Below, in pieces: positions 28,017-40,000 of a DNA stretch of 64,000 bases. A model generated the notes under the pieces. It saw nothing but the letters and a program-made list of their open reading frames with translations, was not told the origin of the DNA and made no database searches. A program made the translations under genes and the position numbers. Source of the stretch: Adineta vaga (Eukaryota; Animalia; Rotifera); contig CP075497.1 of assembly GCA_021613535.1 (NCBI GenBank), positions 4,712,001-4,776,000 of the forward strand. Reading direction: 5' to 3'. Each line of letters opens with the position of its first letter. Position 1 is the first letter of the stretch.

Positions 28017-29223
28017 GTTATACTTGTTTTCTAGTCTATGTGCACAACGTTTTATATCTCCTGATATGAGGAAATAAAAAAGAAGAAGAAAAAGAAGAAA
28101 GATTGTTTCCTTTTATGATTGTCTTCGATTATCAGTTAATCAGAATTCAATGAGAATGAGCACGACAATAAATCTTCAGGAACTAACATGTTTTTTCTAT
28201 TATTATTAGTTTTTTTTGTTTCTTATCATTCAGGATCAAACTGAGATTCATTTAGTTTACTGTGCTCTATTTGCATATATACATAGAACATCCGGATTTT
28301 GAAGCAAGCAAAATCAATCAGTCAATCAAGATTGTCAGGTCATTCGAGGCTCGATTTTCTTTTTTTGTTTCGAAAATCTTTCTCTAGTCTGTTGAAGAAG
28401 AAGAAGAAAAATCTACATATTAAAATAGTAAATCGAAAGGTGACAGCGAAATTGTAGATTAGCTGATTATATTTCATGTTGGCGTGTATTTACAGACATC
28501 AAAATACATCTATCAATGATTCAAGTAGCATTCATTTACTTAAATATATTCCACAGTACACGTCTTTTGTGTTGTATTTGATGAAAAACGTGTGATCACT
28601 AGTTGAAATAACAAAATAAAGCGCATGTGTATGTGTACGTAAAAATCCTTCTTAAATATATTTATATTCACGATTGGATGTAAGAAGAGAAAGAATCAAC
28701 AATAAAATATGAGAAAGAGAGGTTCTTCTCTGTGAGAAGTTCTCATATTTTTTAAGAGACTACCTGTTCTTAATCGTTTTTTTTTCTTTTTGAAAAAAGA
28801 AAAACGAAAAGAAAAGAAGAAAAGGATATTTATTCAGGAAATAAATGATGAATATGAATTTTCGATGTGTAAAATACTGTTTATTAATAGTGGAGAAAAA
28901 AATAATCAACATTTGATTCTTTTTTTTTTCAACTTCCAGTTTACTTCATTCAACTTGTAAGATTTTTTTATCTCTTAATCATTTTTTGCTTCTTCTTCTA
29001 GAAATTAAAACAATCAATCATAACCATAACAATCTGACAACATACTCATATAGATTTATAAGTAAACGCCTTCACCTTTTCAATTTCTCAATCGTTTTCT
29101 TCTACTCATGGTTATGATTAATACCAATAATAACTAAACACAAGTTAATCCATGAGAGGATAGAAAACAAAATCTTCGATATATATTGTTCGTATTGCTT
29201 CGTTCGTTTCTTTTCTCTCAATC

Positions 29224-31345
29224 ATGATTTATGAAGATCGATTAAATCCACCATCGAATTGGCCACCATTAGTTCGTTATCCAAAGTATTATTCTGATCG
29301 TGTAAGTAGATGTTTTTTATTCATTCAAAATTAACTGCCAGTCTACTTCACTTACAAAAGAGTGTAACAAATGGGTTTTTTTGCATTTTTACATTAAGGA
29401 AAGAGAAGAAAAAAAATGTTAAAGCTCTTAAATAAATTCACACGAAAATACAAAGATGATGAATTATAATGCAAATAGTATGTATCTTGAAAAATGAATT
29501 GAATCATAATCAGGCTAATTTTCCGCTAATCATTAAAAAAAATTATACAACAAAAATTTTTCGATTTCATTTAAAAGAAAAAGAACGTTGTAGAAGAACA
29601 ATTTGTAATCTAGTTTTTTTTTCAATTTTTTGTTGTTGTTATTGTTGTTGTTTCATACGTTTGAAGTGAGCGTGAACAGCGCAGAAATCCTAAAGGGTAT
29701 ATATGCATATATATGTTTGCCGCAAACGTTTCAGACGACTTTAAATGACTTTAAGGTAAACTGTGCGAAGACCATTTGTTAAATAAATATACATAGAGCA
29801 ATAGTCTATGCTGACGATCAAACGACATATATTTATGGCAAGAAAGATTTTTTTTATTATCTTTTGATTTTCTTTCTCTTTTTATAGCGTTTAAGTATTC
29901 TCTGGTTTCTTGCATTTGCTGCACTTTCATTAATATTAAGTGTGATTGCATTGATTATTGTTTTCGCTGTTGAAAATGCTTGGTTTCATGATAATTTCGA
30001 AAATTCGCTAACTAGATATGGCCTTTGGCGATTATGTTTTGTATCAAATAATACATGTGCAAGTTGGTTTGTAAGTGATACGACAAATGGTGCTCGTGTT
30101 GAGCGACGTCTCAGTCAATCTAAAGGTAGGAAGACGAAAGAAGAATTGAAAATATTCATGTGAACTAGTTTTCAGCGGGTATCAATGCATGGCAAGCACT
30201 TGAGATTATTTTTCTATTTTTAACAACAGCAACATTGATTATTACTATTGCTTCGATTATTTGTTATCGTCTACGAAACAGTCTTCATTATTATTTGGCT
30301 ATTCTTGCCGTATTTTGTGTTTGGCCTGCAGGTAATTGATAACAAGATCATGAAAAAACAAATTTCTGTATTCTTATTTAGTAAGTGTTGGAGTTTCGGC
30401 ATTATTTGTTTTTGGTTTTGCTGTATACAATGTTGCGACTCAACCACGAGAATTAGATTGGTGTTTCTATGTGAATTTAGTAGCTGTGATTCTAACACTT
30501 GTTGCAGCGATACTTTTATCGATTTATGATGCACTCTTGAAAAAACCAATTAAGTATGTTTGTGATAAAGTTTTTTTTTTCTCTCGAATTCTATCGGTTT
30601 GAATTATTTCGTATAGAAATATTGATGATGAAACTGTTGTTGAAACATTTGCTGATATCAATGGTTATCCAGCAAATTTAAGTCCATCAACATTTGTTGT
30701 TGTCAGACGTAATAAGAGAAAACGAAATAAACCTTATGATTATTCACAAACACTTCATCCAACTCGTTATTTTCCAAACACAACAACAACAACTAATCGA
30801 GTGATAACTAATGATCGTACTAATCCAAATCATCAAATGCTTACACCTTATACATCTGTCATTACTACACAGGAAACAAATTCAAATATTCAACAAACAC
30901 CATCCATACCTTATCGAACTACTGAATATAATCGTTCAAATCTAATAACATCACCATCAACAACAACGACAACAATTACACAACCATATCGACCACCTGC
31001 ACCAATTTATCAATATGAAACACAATCATTTCCAACAAATTTTCATCAAACAGAACCAGATACATTCAATCGTACGATAGGTTATAATTCGCGACATAAT
31101 AATGATTATACACAACATGGTTTTTATAATCCAATTCGAGCGAATACTACGAACGAACTGTCGAACAAAAACATGAACCACGTGTATTACATTATTATAC
31201 AGGTTATGATTATTTTGCTACAATAGATCCATCTGATACTGCCGTATCAAGACATCATACACTTACAAATGGACCTGGTACAGCAATAAGATACGGTGCT
31301 AATCCTTCTTATCATTCAAATGAATATATCAAAAGTACAATGTAA
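29224..31345 (+). CDS. Claudin/PMP22/EMP-superfamily 4-TM protein with long Tyr/Thr-rich tail (apparent frameshift near 31140)
   Basis: W...YGLWRLC..C motif, four hydrophobic helices, in-frame splicing from ATG 29224. The tail either stops at 31226 or, after a -1 shift, continues to TAA at 31345. Confidence 0.75.
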
Positions 31346-32182
31346 AATGAATAGACAGAACAATCAAAAATCGTCTATGTATTAGATATGAAGTAGATAA
31401 GTTATAATCATTTTTCATGTTTTTATACAATTAAGTTGTATCTTTTATATTGGATGCTTTCGGCAATTATATAGTTCTTTATCTTATCATCTCACTTTTT
31501 TTGTATGTCTTTTTTGCTAAAATGAAATCTTTTGGGGAAATGTTTGTTTTTTCTTACTCTATTTAAGTATGCTTATGTACGAAAGAAATCATTTGTCGCT
31601 ATTACATTACATGAAGAGGAATTCATTTTCTCCTCCTCCTCCTCCTCTTCTTCTTTTGCCCATCAATTGCAGTTTGGTATCTTTTACAATAAAAGAATTG
31701 CTTAGTATGAAAAATTCAAATATTTATTCGTAAGAAAAAATAAATCTCATCTTGTATTCATTTAATTCTCATTTCACTTCAATAAACTCATTTGTATGTT
31801 TTTCTTCTATCCTAAACGATCTATTTAACATTAATGATTAACATATTTTATTAGATAATAAACAATTCCATATGTGTGTAATCATATTCAGAGAAATTTT
31901 AGTTTACTGATTTGAATCTACATGTTGATATTCTTCTTGTCTTTATAGTCTCTAATTTATCTATATAAAATCTTGAAAAACATTTTCATATTTTATTAAT
32001 TTTCATTCAAATAATCTGATGAACAATTTGTACATACAACATCAAAATTAGAAAAAAAAACATGCATACTCTTATGTCATAAAATAGCTTGATTAGACAT
32101 GATTACAAAAAAAATATCACATTTGATTTCTTATTCATTAGAAAGACGCATGGATAAGAAGAACGATGATTTCCTAGCTGAA

Positions 32183-35100
32183 TTAACTTTCAAGTAATTT
32201 TCTTTTAATTTCATCGAAATCTGATTGTAATGACATTGTTAATTTTCGTAATTCATTATGAACACGTGCATTAGCTTTCTCAAAAACATCACGTAATTCA
32301 TCTGTTTTACGCATTAAACGTGTATGATCATTCTCTTGTAATAAAGGTTCACCCGCTCGATCAATATGATGTCGATAATATCCAACTTCACAAGTGACAA
32401 ATTCTCTTGTTGCATGATGTTTTGCAGCTCTTGCTGATTGAATGCTACTTTGCAATTGATTATTACTATTTCGATATGGTAAGACAATTGTTGATTGAGG
32501 AAGATCAACACGCGATAGGCGTAATTCTAATTTCCATAGGTAATATTTTCTAATTCCATGAATTTGTGTTACACGACTTTGAAAGCGTGGAAAAAATGAA
32601 CGTTTTGATAATGCTAAAACTAATCGAGAACATGTTTCACAAAGTAAACCAAATTTAGCTTGTAAACCAAGACATGTTTCAATACGTGCACGTAAATGTT
32701 CACGTTTTGCATTCAAACGAAAACGTTTGACATCAGATACGGCTAAACCAACCTAAATCAAACAACAAATATTTTTTAATAGAAACAAAATATAATTGAT
32801 CATACCATTATATTCATAATAACAATATTCATTGTAAATACAAATGTTGAATAAAGTACCATTGCTGCTTCACTACCTTGTAAAACTTTTCCATGTGGAA
32901 AAAAGAGATCATCAAAATCATATTCTCCTGTTAACATTGCTAATGTTTTTGGTATAGAGTAAAATATAGATGTAAATTGTGGTTTCTTATTTACAAATAA
33001 CATATGAAAAGCAATAATATATCCAATCCAGATAAATACATAGATAAGACAAAATTTCAGAAATGTTAGAAATACACTAACAAATAGTAAACCATATTTA
33101 CCGATTTTTAATGCATTCATAAAAACAAGTAATAATAGTGTCCATACACTTGCCATACCCAAAGCACCTGCTTCCCATTGCCATTTACAACGAAGACCTG
33201 TACGTTGTGAGCAATGATTAAGATCCATAGCGAATAGAATAGCACAGACATACGTATGTAATTCTAGGAAATTGACGAAAAAACCACGAAAATATTTTTC
33301 ACGTTGTGTAATTAATTGAATAAATTCTTTTAATAATGCAATACCCGAACAAAGCAACAGTAGAGCACGAAGAAATCCTAAATATACATGTATTCCATGA
33401 AATAAATCCAACTTTTCAATAAATATCAAATCAAAACTTACGAAGTAAAACATTTCCTGGAAGAGGATCAATTGGATCCATTGTCAATTTGTCACATAAC
33501 TGTTTACAAGTAATATTTAATTCATCATAGTATGAACGTGGTTGTAGGTGAACCTAATGCAACACCTGTATATAAACATACAAAGAATACTTGTGCACAT
33601 AGGATTAATAAATATAGGAAATTTCCAAATAATTGAAATTTTAAATCAACACACATTTTAACAACATCATGATCATAAACTGGTGCATGATTGGCTTCAG
33701 CAATTAAAGATAATGGATGTTGTTTTAACCAATTCGATGTTGAAAATCGTTTTGATCGACCAAATATACAACGATGATGAGATGGTCGTGCTCGTAAACA
33801 ATCGTCAACTACGGATAAATCAACGCCATCTTCACCAACAAATTGTTCGAGTAACAGTGGCACTAATGGTAGCATTTCCGTCTGATAATAAGAACAAAGA
33901 AAAAAAAGAACCTAATTGAGTTATCTATTCATAATTTAATCGTATATGAAAGACATTATTTCCGCTTTTCTAACACTAATTATTCACATAGAAACAGTAC
34001 TTTTCTTAAAATTAGAGATAGATCAATCTTATTGTATAATATTTAATCGATTCGACTGAAAACCATATAATATGATGGAGTGAGTAAATATATCAATTAG
34101 AGAAGAGAAAAAATGACTTCCTATGTTTTATTTTGTACTCGATGAACTTAGCGTTTGTAAACTTACCATTGTTAACATGCGTTGTACAGGTGTTTGATCA
34201 TAACTTGAACCGGAATAGGCAACATTATAATGTTTTAAGAAAGTTTTATACGATCGATAAAGTTCTCGTTCATCTCCGGGAATTCGTACACTAATAAATG
34301 TTCGAACGAAATCTGATTTTTTCAATGCTATTGAATATTCAAGAACATTATATCCACGACCGTTGACATCGATTTGTATTTGAATAATCGCAGCAAAACG
34401 TTGAGTATCCGAAACAAAAAATGATGCAATATCTAATTGATCTTTATCAATAGTTGTCTTTAATGAATCAGCATTGATAAAATCAGTTACATCAACATTT
34501 CGATGTAACCATTTACTACTTAAGATATATTTAATACATTTTAATGATCCTTTTTCAATAGCAATAACAAATGGTGTTTTACCATTGGAATTCTTTTCAA
34601 TCAATCGTTGAAGAGCCTACAAAACATTTTAATTTTTGATTATTAAAAAACAGAATGATATTAAATTGATTGGACTTACTGTCCCTCTTGCAGCACTCGA
34701 ACCCAGTCGTTTCAATAATGATATTGCTCGACTTAAAACAATATCATTTCGTTGTTCTGTTGCATAATGAAATACACTCGAACCTATATTATCTTTACAT
34801 GTTAACGACAAAGGATCTTGTTCCATTAATAATGTTGCTGTTGATGTTGATCCAGCTTCAATCGCACAAAGTAATGGAGTTTGTCCACGTGTATTTAATA
34901 AAATACTAGCATGTGATGTTTCAGTAATTAACATTCTCATAATTTCTTCATGACCTAATCGAGCAGCTAGATGTAGTAATGTTTGTCCTTGAGATTCACC
35001 TGTCTCAAGACTTCCTTCTCGTTTCGATGTTGTCGCCATTGTCGTTGCTGTTATTGGTCCATGATCAATCCCGTTCGATTGTCCACCAGGTAAGTCAACA

Positions 35101-35953
35101 ATGGGCGCTGAAACTATTGCTGATACAGTTGAATGTAGATTTTGTACAACACCTTCTTGAATACGAGCTAATCGTTCTTGAAATTGCCTTTGTTGACGAT
35201 TACGAATGAAAGCTGGACGGCGACCATAAGGTCGATCTTCATCATCCCAATCAAGTAAACTATCAATAATTGGTTGTGGTGGACTGATACGAACTGATGG
35301 AATTGCTTTTGTAACTGTTAATTTATTTTCACTTGATGATGTCTGTTCCAGCAATGGAGTACTTGGTACTGATTGAGAAACTTTCTCGTCTCGAGTAGTT
35401 TTATCACTATTCGACGATGTCAGTGGTTTATGTGTACGAGATTGTTTTGGTGGAATGATAAAGATTTGAGTTGGCATTATAACCTAGCAACGAAAGAAGA
35501 GATGAGAATTCTTTTAAAACGAAATATATTACAATAAAAACAAAACAATTAGATTATGATTTGATATATTAAATTACTCATATATATATACAATTATCTA
35601 GTCGAAAAATATTGATATTGTAATATGATCATAAAACAATTCTACTTCCCTATTCCGCTGTCAATAGGTTACAATCAATATGAGTGAAAAAGTTGATTCT
35701 TTTCCATTTCTTTTCTAGTCACTACGATGTGTTTATGTTAAAGAAAATATATGCCAACATGTTAAATCAAGCGCATAGACAACAAAATGAATAAAAACAT
35801 CTGGATCATTTTTTTCTTAATTAATTCTATCTGTTTACAACTAACTATTTGCACTTATCTTTGGTATTTTTTCTATGAATAAATGTCTATTGAGAGATGT
35901 ATATAAGCATTACTTACGCCACGTGCCACTGTATATTTTTGAAGATTGCTCAT
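32183..35953 (-). CDS. TRPA-family ankyrin-repeat cation channel (apparent +1 frameshift at ~33542)
   Basis: Exon 1 MSNLQKYTVARG (35953-35918). Ankyrins (GQTLLHLAARLGH, GQTPLLCAIE, GKTPFVIAIE), S1-S6, pore KTLAMLTGEYDF, S6 IMNIMVGLAVSDV, TRP-like helix and C-terminal coiled coil. Confidence 0.9.
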
Positions 35954-37031
35954 AATAAACTATTTCTAATTAAACGATTTGTAAAATATAAATAATATAT
36001 AGAAGAAGATAATGTCAATCAATGTATGATGTAGAAAAATAGATTCTCTCAGAAAAATTCGTGAATATATAAAGCATTGCAGATATAAAGAAATGCATTG
36101 GATAATCATATAAACATTAGTTGCATTGAATAGCTGATTTGTTTCTTTGGTTTTTTTTATTTTACTTATTGCTCTTTTTCACTTCAGTGAAGAGAATAAG
36201 AAGAACAAGAAAAAAGAAACGACTTGCATTTTATATATACTCCAAAGAAAGAAGAAGAAGAAGAAAAAACATAAGACCTTTTTCTCTTTCTCGTCTTTTT
36301 TCTCTGATTCTCACTGTTCTATTCGTTTTTTCCCTCTGCCTTATCCAACTGTCCCTCTTATACGCTTTCTCATTAAGACAAGTAACTACAACGCATAGAC
36401 ATCATACATGTTTGTATTCTCTTCGTTGATTTAACCCGATCTAATCTTTCTTTTTACATTGATAAGAATTGATGTTTAAACACATTTTTTTTTCTTTTTA
36501 TTTCTACATTCATTTTCGTTTTTGAGAAAAAAATTCTCTTCGAATGAATGGGTAAGATTAAACTGACTTTTTTTTCTCTGGTATTCATCACGATATAAAA
36601 AATTATATACACAATTTACTTCTAGTCACTTATGCATATGATAGTAACCAGAAATATGTACTTCTAATCTTTTTTTATATTCATTTGGGAAATAATGTTA
36701 TTTCATTTATCAAAAGTACACATATAAAACATTTTTTATCAGATAACAAATAACTTATCCGAAAAAAATGATAACTAACTTCTGCCATTTTCGACAAAAT
36801 ATAAGAAAGTAATCTTCAATACATATGTGTATTGCATATTTATTCTTCTATTTTCGTCTTAATGAAGAACAACAACAAGAAGAAAGATCGTTCTTAGTTC
36901 TATGTATTTAGCTTGTATTTTTTGGCAAACTATCTATAATATCATTCGGAAGAACAACGAATATCTTTGAATAGGTATATAAAACACAACAATAAAGTAA
37001 AATAAAAACATAGAAAGAACAGAAATTTTTT

Positions 37032-40000
37032 TTAAATATTGACCATTGTATCCGAATGTTGTGGAATAAGTTGTGTTTTTCGTCGTTCATTCGGATTTTC
37101 ATTAATATTAGTTGGATTATTTTCATGAACAGTTGATGATCGTTTTTCGACCATCATCGGTAGTTTTTCTTGTTCATCTGATGGATGGTTATTTACACTA
37201 GTTGTATGTATTTCTCGTGTTGGCCAAAGTATTGCTTGTATATGTCGTAAAGGTGTACGATATTGTCGACCTTGTACGGCACCAATTGTTTGACGACGTC
37301 GAAGAGTTTTAGATTTTATCGATGTTCGATTTAAAATAGGTGTAGTTGGACGGATAGAATCAATTGGGACTGAATTTTCACGTTCATCATCATTCCAATC
37401 GTTATTATCATCGTCAACATCGGGCTGTACATGAGAGAGAGAGAGATTAGAATGTTTAGAAAATATTCACCATATGTTTGATTAGTCAGCAAAAAGCAAA
37501 TTTTAATATTAAAATCCAGACAAAAGATTGAGTTAATCATGCAAACATGCAGCAAACAATCAATTTATCATCCATTAAAAATAACCGACACTGACAGGTT
37601 TTATTTTGTCTAGTTAGAATAGCGACTTACACTTACATTTATTTACAGGTTCATTTCTTTCTAGAAGAGTGATATATTTACGATTTGATTCTTTTTCGAC
37701 GAATCATCTGTTTGTTTTTATGAATAACTTATAGAATCATGTAAAGAATTTACTTTTGTAGATCATTGTTTAAATAAGTAACAATTATGTCGAAAAAAGT
37801 ACTCATTATTCAACATTCATCAGGTGTTCGTCCTGCCTATGTCACTGAATTCTTCTTAGAACATGGAATTCCGTTTGAAATTTTACCTATTTACGAACCT
37901 GATCGTGAAGAAGACTTTCCTGACTATCAAACAAATGCCTATTCAGCTATAGTCAGTCTCGGTGGTCCACAAGGTACTTATGAAGATGAACAATATCCAT
38001 ATTTAAAATGGGAAAAATCTTTTCTTGCTGCTCAACTTGCTCTTCAAACACCTATTCTTGGTTTATGTCTTGGCGCACAACTCCTTGCTGATGTCATCGG
38101 TGGACATGGTCATCTAGGAAAATATGGTTATGAAATTGGTTATGTTCAATATAAACTAACGGAAGAAGGTAAACAAGATTTGATTCTCTCAAAATTATTT
38201 GAAGCACAACAAGATAAACCTTTACTAATTATGCATCATCAAGATTCATTCGATTTACCATCGAATGCAACGATATTAGCTTATACGTCAAATAAATATA
38301 TAGCTGCATATCGTTTTGGTTCTGCATATGCAGTACAATTTCATCCGGAAGCATCATTTACTGAATTTGATGAATGGGTACAACGAACACGAACAAAACG
38401 ACCAGAAGCATATAAAAATCTCGATATCGACGAAATCTTACATCAAGCTAAAATAAACGAATCAGAAGCGAAAAAATCAAGACAACTATTTTTTCAAACG
38501 TGGTGGAATATGATTTCTAAATCCTAATTTTTCAACTTTACAATAAAAAAAATCTTTCTCAGTAAAGAAATTTGTTTTTCTTTTTTTTTGTTAACACTTA
38601 TTTATTCCATTATTTTCGATAATCATTCATCAACTTAAGTAGATCTATCTCATTCTGACAGTTCTATTAAGTATACTTATAATAATATGCATATCGTTAT
38701 TTTCTTTTTCTTTGCACATTTATTGTGTTTCAAGCATAACTAATTAACACGCAGATTGTCATATCATTAGATTTATGTACGCTCTTGTTTTCTAAACTTC
38801 GAATGTCATCAGGAGAGTTGATGTACAAAAACATATGGTCGAAAAGATCATATTTAACGATCGCGAATGTCATTCAAAGCCGTAAAAACCAAGCTTATAT
38901 GCATTTCTCTCTCTATTATATGTTTTATTCAATTAATAGTAATGTTTTGATGACTAGATTATAATTGTGCTGATTCAACGACAAACAATGCAGATAATAA
39001 AAGAATGACTAGTATGCAGAGAAGAAAAAACAGAGATATGAGCAAACAAGTCAATAGGTAGCATACAGCAAATAGGAATATGTGCCAATCAATAGAATAC
39101 ATCTAATCAATATGTGCTATTACTTACTAAACTGATTGCATCCATAGGCATTGCTAATTCATCGAGTCCAGTCGTTGTAGTTGGCGAATTAACACGCTTA
39201 TTAGTTCCTTGTGTTTGTTGATTACTCATCGTCGATGAATTATGACGATCATTCTTTCCCCATCGTAATCGATTAACATTTTTGAAAATATTCTTCGATC
39301 GTTTCGATGAACTTCCTGTTGTTGCTCCACCAACAGCTGAATTACTACTTGATAAGCCAGTATTTTGATGTCCAATTGCTAATCCATTTGTTGAATGACT
39401 TATTGCATCTTCCATTTGTTGTTGATCGAAACTATTCATTCGACGAGTAACTGGTCGATGTTTATTTGTATCACTTAATGCTCGTGGTAATTTTCTTTTG
39501 GCTTTTAAAATAATATTTTTTCGTGCATTTATACATCGAATATATTCATCACCAGTAGCATGAAGAAATGGTATACTACCAACCGATGCAAAACTTGTAT
39601 TTCCATCACCATAACAAGCTAATTGATTGAAATCTGTTTGTTCATTGACACCATTTTGTAATTGAGTAACAGGATCGATGATTACATGAATAATTTCTCT
39701 CCAAGCAATATGAGGTTGCCAATCAGGATTCGTTGAATTTTGATAAGTTTTATACATTGTTGTTTTCATATTTGTCATTAATTGATCGAACACATTCGCT
39801 AAATTTCTTACAACACAATAAGTTAAAATATTATGTCGAATATCACTAGGTTTTGTTCGACATGAATCATAATAGATTAAAGCATGATTTTTAATTAAAT
39901 AATCTAATTCAATTTTCGCATTACGACGTACACAACATGCAAATGCATGAACAAATATACGTTGAATAGTTGCAGAATTCTCTTCAATAAATGGATCACC

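Noticed and set aside
34670-35209. Plus-strand ORFs opposite TRPA (likewise 41025-41327, 55852-56704, 50739-50982)
   Set aside because: Antisense or alternate-frame shadows of real exons.
36139-36429. Overlapping K/R/F-rich ORFs (also 191-388, 2355-2753, 42567-42761, 54372-54625)
   Set aside because: Products of low-complexity A/G and T/C tracts in promoters or UTRs; no domain or exon structure.
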